A DNA stretch of 64,000 bases from Limnohabitans sp. (lineage in GTDB: Bacteria > Pseudomonadota > Gammaproteobacteria > Burkholderiales > Burkholderiaceae_C). The DNA lies in the NCBI RefSeq assembly GCF_030158565.1, contig NZ_JAOASQ010000017.1, positions 1,930 to 65,929 of the forward strand. Reading direction: 5' to 3'. The notes under the pieces were generated by a model. The model was not told where the DNA came from. It worked only from the letters and a program-made list of their open reading frames with translations, and did not search any database. A program made the position numbers and the translations under genes. Positions 59,351 through 64,000 of the stretch are shown here, piece by piece (the first letter of the stretch is position 1; each line of letters begins with the position of its first letter).

Positions 59351-60169
59351 TCAGCCCTGCGCCGTCTTGAGCGCCAGCACCAAATCGGCCCAGGCCTTGG
59401 CCTTGTCGGCGGGGTTGCGCAGCAAATAGGCGGGGTGGTAAGTGACCACCACCGGCACGCCCTGGTGGCTGTGCACCTGGCCGCGCAGCTTGCCGATGGG
59501 CTCGGTCGTTTGCAGCACCGATTGCACGGCAAAACGGCCCATGAGCAAGATGATTTTGGGCTGCACCAAAGCGACTTGCCGCGCCAGATAGGGCGCACAG
59601 GTGGCCAGCTCTTGCGGCGTGGGGTTGTGGTTGCCCGGGAGGCGGCACTTGATGGCGTTGGCAATGTAGACACCGCCTTCGCCCTGGGCCTTGCGGCTCA
59701 GGCCCACGGCCTTGAGCATGTTGTCGAGCAGTTGGCCCGACTGGCCCACAAAAGGTTCGCCCGCTTGGTCTTCTTCCTCGCCTGGCGCTTCGCCAATGAC
59801 CATCCATGGGGCCTGTGGGTCGCCCACGCCAAAGACAGATTTTTTGCGCTGCGCACACAGATCGCAGGCTTGGCACGCCGCCGCGGTTTCTTGCAGCGCG
59901 GCCCAATCCATGCGGTCCACACCTTCGGCCAGCGGCTTGATGGGCACTGCGGGCACCGGTGTTGCAAGCGCCGGGCGGGCAACAGGTGCTGGAGAAACAG
60001 GTGCTGGGACCACAGACGCCGAAGTGGCCACAGCGGCCACGGGCTCAGGCTGTGCCACAGGCGCGGCCTCGGTCGTCGCAGGGCTTTGCGGCCACCACAC
60101 GCGCACGCCCATCTCGGCCAGCATGGCGCGTTGGCGGTCGTCCAGGTCAAATCGGGTGGGGTCGCTCAT
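59351..60169 (-). CDS. Uracil-DNA glycosylase family 4 protein with Ala/Pro/Val-rich N-terminal extension
   Basis: It has a Cys cluster CQACDLCAQRK, motif A GEAPGEEED and motif B HPAYLLR. ATG at 60169 is chosen; GTG at 60184 is an alternative. Confidence 0.85.
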   Translation of the reverse strand: MSDPTRFDLDDRQRAMLAEMGVRVWWPQSPATTEAAPVAQPEPVAAVATSASVVPAPVSPAPVARPALATPVPAVPIKPLAEGVDRMDWAALQETAAACQACDLCAQRKKSVFGVGDPQAPWMVIGEAPGEEEDQAGEPFVGQSGQLLDNMLKAVGLSRKAQGEGGVYIANAIKCRLPGNHNPTPQELATCAPYLARQVALVQPKIILLMGRFAVQSVLQTTEPIGKLRGQVHSHQGVPVVVTYHPAYLLRNPADKAKAWADLVLALKTAQG

Positions 60170-60180
60170 CACAAATCCGT

Positions 60181-60678
60181 TCACAGCTTCAAACTCATCA
60201 CCACCGCGTGTTCACGCTGCTGGCGGTCTGCAGGATAGTAATCCTTGCGCAGGCCCACACGGACAAAACCGTAGCGCTCGTACACCTGCAAGGCGCGGGC
60301 GTTGCTCTGGCGCACCTCCAGCCACAGCGTTTGCGCGCCCACGTTGCGCGAGATCAGCGACAAGGCGTCCAGCATCATGTGGCCCCAGCCCTCGCCCTGG
60401 CGGGCGGGCGCCACGGTGATGTTGAGCAAATGCATTTCTTCCACGCCGTGCATGGCCAAAAAATAGCCCAGCAGTTCATCGCCCAGCCACAGGCATTGGG
60501 CATCGAACAACGGGTTCAATGAATCCCGGAAATTGCCGCGTGACCAAGGGTGGCTGTAGGCGGCCTGCTCGATGGCCATGACCGCATCGAGGTTCTCGGG
60601 CGTCATGGTCCGCAAGGTCACCGCGTTGCGGATGGCTTCGGTCGGTTGCTGACGGGCAGAAGGCATCACGGCACTCAT
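60181..60678 (-). CDS. rimI: Ribosomal-protein-alanine N-acetyltransferase
   Basis: ORF trimmed to the ATG at 60678. It has a GNAT fold with RQGEGWGHMML (Q/RxxGxG/A) and overlaps the tsaB stop by 4 nt. Confidence 0.85.
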   Translation of the reverse strand: MSAVMPSARQQPTEAIRNAVTLRTMTPENLDAVMAIEQAAYSHPWSRGNFRDSLNPLFDAQCLWLGDELLGYFLAMHGVEEMHLLNITVAPARQGEGWGHMMLDALSLISRNVGAQTLWLEVRQSNARALQVYERYGFVRVGLRKDYYPADRQQREHAVVMSLKL

Positions 60679-61427
60679 GGGTTTGAAGCCGCCTTGGCCG
60701 CAGCAGCCTGGGCTTTCATGGCTTCGCGCTCGGCGGTGGTGTTGGCCACTTTGTCGCGGATGTACAAGGGCATGGCCTGCTCGGCCGGCACAGCCAGGCC
60801 TTGCGCCCACAGGGCAGGGGCCAGGCGCAGCAAGGCCGCCGCTGTGGGCAAAGCCACGCAGCGCTCGCCTGGCATGTTCAAACGCGGGCCATAAGCTTCA
60901 AACACATTCCCCGCCAACACAGAGGCGCTGGACTGCACATTTTCAGGCGCACTGACCTGCAGGGCCGATACGCCTTGCCAGGACTGTCCGGCTGCAGACC
61001 ATTGGTAAGCCGCGCTGTAAACCTCGTCCATGCGGGCGTCCAGCAGGGCCAGCACCGACACATCGGCATTGGCTTCACCGCCTTGCACACGCTGCCAACG
61101 CGCCTCTTCTGCCACGGCCAGCAAAGTATCGACCGGCAGCACAGGAACGTCGGCGCCAAACGCCAAGCCTTGCGCCACAGCGCACGCGGTGCGCAAACCG
61201 GTGAAAGAGCCTGGTCCACGGCCAAACACGATGGCGTTGAGCGATGCCAAAGGCATGTCCGCCTCGGCCAGCATGCTCAGCACGGCGGGGATGAGCCCAC
61301 TGGACGACTGCGCGCCACCGGGCAAGGTCTGTGTACACACACGGTCGCCACGGGCGACGGCCAAGGACAAGACATCGGTGCTGGTGTCAAAGGCCAGCCA
61401 GCGCAACTCGGGCGTGGTCGGGCTCAT
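60675..61427 (-). CDS. tsaB: tRNA t6A37 biosynthesis protein TsaB (YeaZ)
   Basis: 250 aa with LAFDTSTDVLSLAV and GPGSFTGLRTACAVAQGLAFG blocks, in the conserved tsaB-rimI order. Confidence 0.9.
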   Translation of the reverse strand: MSPTTPELRWLAFDTSTDVLSLAVARGDRVCTQTLPGGAQSSSGLIPAVLSMLAEADMPLASLNAIVFGRGPGSFTGLRTACAVAQGLAFGADVPVLPVDTLLAVAEEARWQRVQGGEANADVSVLALLDARMDEVYSAAYQWSAAGQSWQGVSALQVSAPENVQSSASVLAGNVFEAYGPRLNMPGERCVALPTAAALLRLAPALWAQGLAVPAEQAMPLYIRDKVANTTAEREAMKAQAAAAKAASNP

Positions 61428-62401
61428 GCCTTGGCTCCCGCTGCAGCCACAGGCTTGGCCTGTCGCACCCCAAACAAAATGCCGCCGGTGACCAGCGCCA
61501 GCCCGGCAACCAGGTTCCAGTGCATGGGCTCACCCAAAAACCAAACGGCACCCAAAGCCGACAAGCCCGGCACCAGGGCCGTGATCATGGTCGAGCGCAC
61601 GGGACCAAAGTGACGCACCATCTGCGTGAAGGTGATGCCCGAAATCACCACTGAGCCGCCGCCCTGAAAGGCGGTCTGAAACAGGATCTCGGACCATGGC
61701 GCTTGAGGCAAATGCGTGGGCAAGGCACCCGTGATCGTCAACAGCGCATAGGTGGGTACAAAAAACACAAAAGCAAAAGCGGTGATGGCCATGGTGGCAC
61801 GCACCGCGTCCAGCCCATAACGGCGCACCGTGACGCTGTAAGCCGCCCAGCAGCAAGCCGCGCTCATGAACAGCACATCGCCCTTCCAGACATCACCGCC
61901 ATCGAAGGCGCGCAGCAAGCTCACGCCGCCGACCAACAAGTCACCCAACACAATGAAGCCCAGGCCCAGCACTCGGCTGTTGGGAATTTTTTCGCGCAAG
62001 ACCAACCAGGCCAGCAAGGTGGTCCACAGCGGCAGGCTGCCCGGCATCAGGACCGAGGCATGCGCTGCGGGCGCAAAAAAGAAGCCGCTGTAGGCCAACA
62101 CGGCGTAGAGCAAGCCGCCAAAGAAGCCGGCACGCACCGTCTGCCCCCAAGGCAGTGGCGACAAGCCAAACAATGAGCCCACCGCCTCGCCGCGTTGGCG
62201 GGCCGGACGCATGAGCCACCAGGCCCAGGGCAACAGCACCGCGCTGGCGCCCAAAATGCGGGCCAGCGCAATGTCCAGCGGCAACAAACCGCGCGAGGCC
62301 GAAGCCCGAGCAATGACGATGAAACCGGTCCAGATGAGCACCGTGATGACTGCCGAGGCCAAGCCCACGGTTCGTGAAGAAAATCGCATGGCGTCGATCA
62401 T
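61424..62401 (-). CDS. EamA/DMT family transporter
   Basis: Polytopic with 10 TM segments. The start is ambiguous (GTG 62410, ATG 62401, ATG 62389). The stop overlaps the tsaB start. Confidence 0.8.
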   Translation of the reverse strand: MIDAMRFSSRTVGLASAVITVLIWTGFIVIARASASRGLLPLDIALARILGASAVLLPWAWWLMRPARQRGEAVGSLFGLSPLPWGQTVRAGFFGGLLYAVLAYSGFFFAPAAHASVLMPGSLPLWTTLLAWLVLREKIPNSRVLGLGFIVLGDLLVGGVSLLRAFDGGDVWKGDVLFMSAACCWAAYSVTVRRYGLDAVRATMAITAFAFVFFVPTYALLTITGALPTHLPQAPWSEILFQTAFQGGGSVVISGITFTQMVRHFGPVRSTMITALVPGLSALGAVWFLGEPMHWNLVAGLALVTGGILFGVRQAKPVAAAGAKA

Positions 62402-62488
62402 ACGGCCCACCCGAAGCGAAACTGACCGTTAGACTCCACTTGATTGGCCCAGTGAAGTTTGAAAATGTCGAGGCGAATCTGTCATTTC

Positions 62489-62517
62489 TGTCATCCCGGA
62501 CTCGATCCGGGATGACA
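62489..62517. repeat. Perfect 29-nt palindrome of the REP-like family
   Basis: TGTCATCCCGGA-CTCGA-TCCGGGATGACA. Its first 25 nt are identical to the reverse complement of the inverted unit at 56073-56098. Confidence 0.8.
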
Positions 62518-62565
62518 AAACAGAGGCTGCTCTGACATTTCAACACCATCGGGCCAAATCAATTT

Positions 62566-64000
62566 ATGAAGCCTGATCAATCCATGAAGACCGAATACTC
62601 GGGTTTGCACCCTTTCTTGCGCGGCTGGATGGGCCTCGGTTTGGCCATCAGCGCCACCTTTGGCATGGCCGCCGACTTGCCGTCCGCCGCGCTGCAAGCG
62701 CTGCGCCAAGCCAATGTGCCACCCTCAGCCATCAGCATTCAAGTCACGCCCCTGAACAGCGCCACCCCACGCCTGGCGCACCGGGCGCAGGTCGCCACCA
62801 ACCCCGCCTCGGTGATGAAGCTGATCACCACCTACGCGGGCTTGTCCTTGCTGGGGCCGGACTTCACCTGGCGCAACCGTGTCTATGCCGATGGGCCGAT
62901 CAAGGACGGTGTGCTGCAAGGCAACCTGATCGTGCGGGGCAGCGGCGACCCCAAGCTGGTCATTGAGCGGCTGCAAGACCTGATGGCCCAGCTGAGCGCC
63001 TTGGGCCTGCGCGACATCCGGGGCGACATCGTGCTCGACCGCAGCGTGTTCGAAGTCACGCCGCGCACCGAAGCGTTTGACGACGAGCCCCTGCGCCCCT
63101 ACAACGTGAGCCCCGATGGGCTGCTGCTGAACTTCAAGGCGCTGATCTACACCTTCACACCCGATGCCGCCACGGGCCAAGTGAGCGTGCGGGTGGAGCC
63201 GCCTTTGGCCGGGTTCGATGCGCCTCGCAGCGTGCCCATGGGCCACGGCCCTTGCCAGGACTGGCGCAGCCAGCTGCGCGCCGACTTCAGCCAAGCCCAT
63301 CAGGTGCGCTTTGCAGGCACTTACCCGGCCAGCTGTGGCGAGCGGCCATGGCCTGTGGCTTACCCCGCACCCGAGGTGTATGGCGCCAAACTCATCCAGG
63401 CCGTGTGGCTGGCCACCGGCAACCGGCTGGGTGGCCAGGTGCGCTACGGCAACCTGCCCGCCAAAGCGCGCCTGCTGCTCGAAGCCCCCTCGCTGCCCTT
63501 GGGCGAGGTAATCGCCGACATCAACAAGTTCTCCAACAACGTGATGGCACAGCAATTGTTTTTGACCCTGTCGAGCGACATGGGTGCCCCTGGCCGGTTT
63601 GAGGCCTCGCGCCTGCGGGTCTTGCAGTGGTGGCACACGCAGTTTCCGGGACAAACCGAGCCTGTGCTGGACAACGGCTCGGGCCTGTCGCGCACTGAGC
63701 GCAGCAGCGCCCAGGCGCTGACGGCCTTGCTGCAAGCGGCCAGCAGCGGACCGCATGCGGCATCGTTTCAAAACTCCTTGTCGGTGGCCGGCATGGACGG
63801 CACCAGCGCCCGATTGCGCGAGCGCAACCCCAACTCGCCCGTGATCGGCCAGGCCTGGCTCAAGACCGGCTCCTTGCGCGATGTGGCCTCGGTGGCCGGC
63901 TATGTGCAAGGCCAAAGCGGTCAGCGTTACGCGCTGGTGGCCATCATCAACCACCCCAACGCCAACCAGGCCCGGCCCGCACTGGACCAACTGCTGGAAT
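62566..64000 (+). CDS. dacB: D-alanyl-D-alanine carboxypeptidase/endopeptidase (PBP4), 5' part (runs off the window end)
   Basis: My own translation from ATG 62566 (or 62584): MKPDQSMKTEYSGLHPFLRGWMGLGLAISATFGMA (signal peptide) ...NPASVMKLITTYAGL (SxxK)...VRGSGDPKL...FSNNVMAQQ (SxN)...LKTGSL (KTG). It is not in the ORF track because it has no stop in the window; the minus-strand ORF 62725..63990 is its shadow. Confidence 0.9.
   Translation, partial: MKPDQSMKTEYSGLHPFLRGWMGLGLAISATFGMAADLPSAALQALRQANVPPSAISIQVTPLNSATPRLAHRAQVATNPASVMKLITTYAGLSLLGPDFTWRNRVYADGPIKDGVLQGNLIVRGSGDPKLVIERLQDLMAQLSALGLRDIRGDIVLDRSVFEVTPRTEAFDDEPLRPYNVSPDGLLLNFKALIYTFTPDAATGQVSVRVEPPLAGFDAPRSVPMGHGPCQDWRSQLRADFSQAHQVRFAGTYPASCGERPWPVAYPAPEVYGAKLIQAVWLATGNRLGGQVRYGNLPAKARLLLEAPSLPLGEVIADINKFSNNVMAQQLFLTLSSDMGAPGRFEASRLRVLQWWHTQFPGQTEPVLDNGSGLSRTERSSAQALTALLQAASSGPHAASFQNSLSVAGMDGTSARLRERNPNSPVIGQAWLKTGSLRDVASVAGYVQGQSGQRYALVAIINHPNANQARPALDQLLE

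Noticed and set aside
62725-63990. 421-aa minus-strand ORF
   Set aside because: It mirrors the true plus-strand dacB (PBP4) gene, which carries SxxK, SxN and KTG motifs but is missing from the track because it has no stop within the window.

Overview
This is a GC-rich chromosomal core segment. Gene content and order suggest a betaproteobacterium (Burkholderiales/Comamonadaceae-like), for example fur<>bamE-dapB-exbBD, leuS-lptE-holA and hpf-ptsN-hprK. I call about 62 tightly packed protein genes, nearly all recognisable housekeeping or metabolic functions: rplX/rplN, glpK, proC, ubiA, srkA, psd, kup, gshA, proA, holA, lptE, leuS, dapB, fur, corA, fadD, pntAB, mnmA, ssb, uvrA, pyrF, tsaB, rimI and dacB, among others. 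I see no rRNA, tRNA, CRISPR array, transposase, prophage, or recognisable defence or secretion island, and no convincing novel multi-gene system. The unusual content is mostly small selfish or structured DNA. (1) A hairpin element with a conserved 26-nt centre and variable but complementary arms occurs three times, once inserted in-frame in the essential leuS gene, where it adds 20 codons. (2) A REP-like unit (TGTCATSCCGG...CCGGSATCCA) occurs about 12 times at four intergenic loci, two of them expanded with 18-nt or 21-nt minisatellites. (3) There is one REPIN-like doublet of a second REP family. In addition, a TDT/TehA-type transporter gene carries an in-frame TAG. An AT-richer lipoprotein gene with two tandem repeats and an internally deleted cyclophilin domain is wedged between the MFS-ssb operon and uvrA. 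Many long antisense ORFs in the track are GC-driven shadow ORFs and were rejected. All calls rest on reading the sequence and ORF translations by eye, with no database search.
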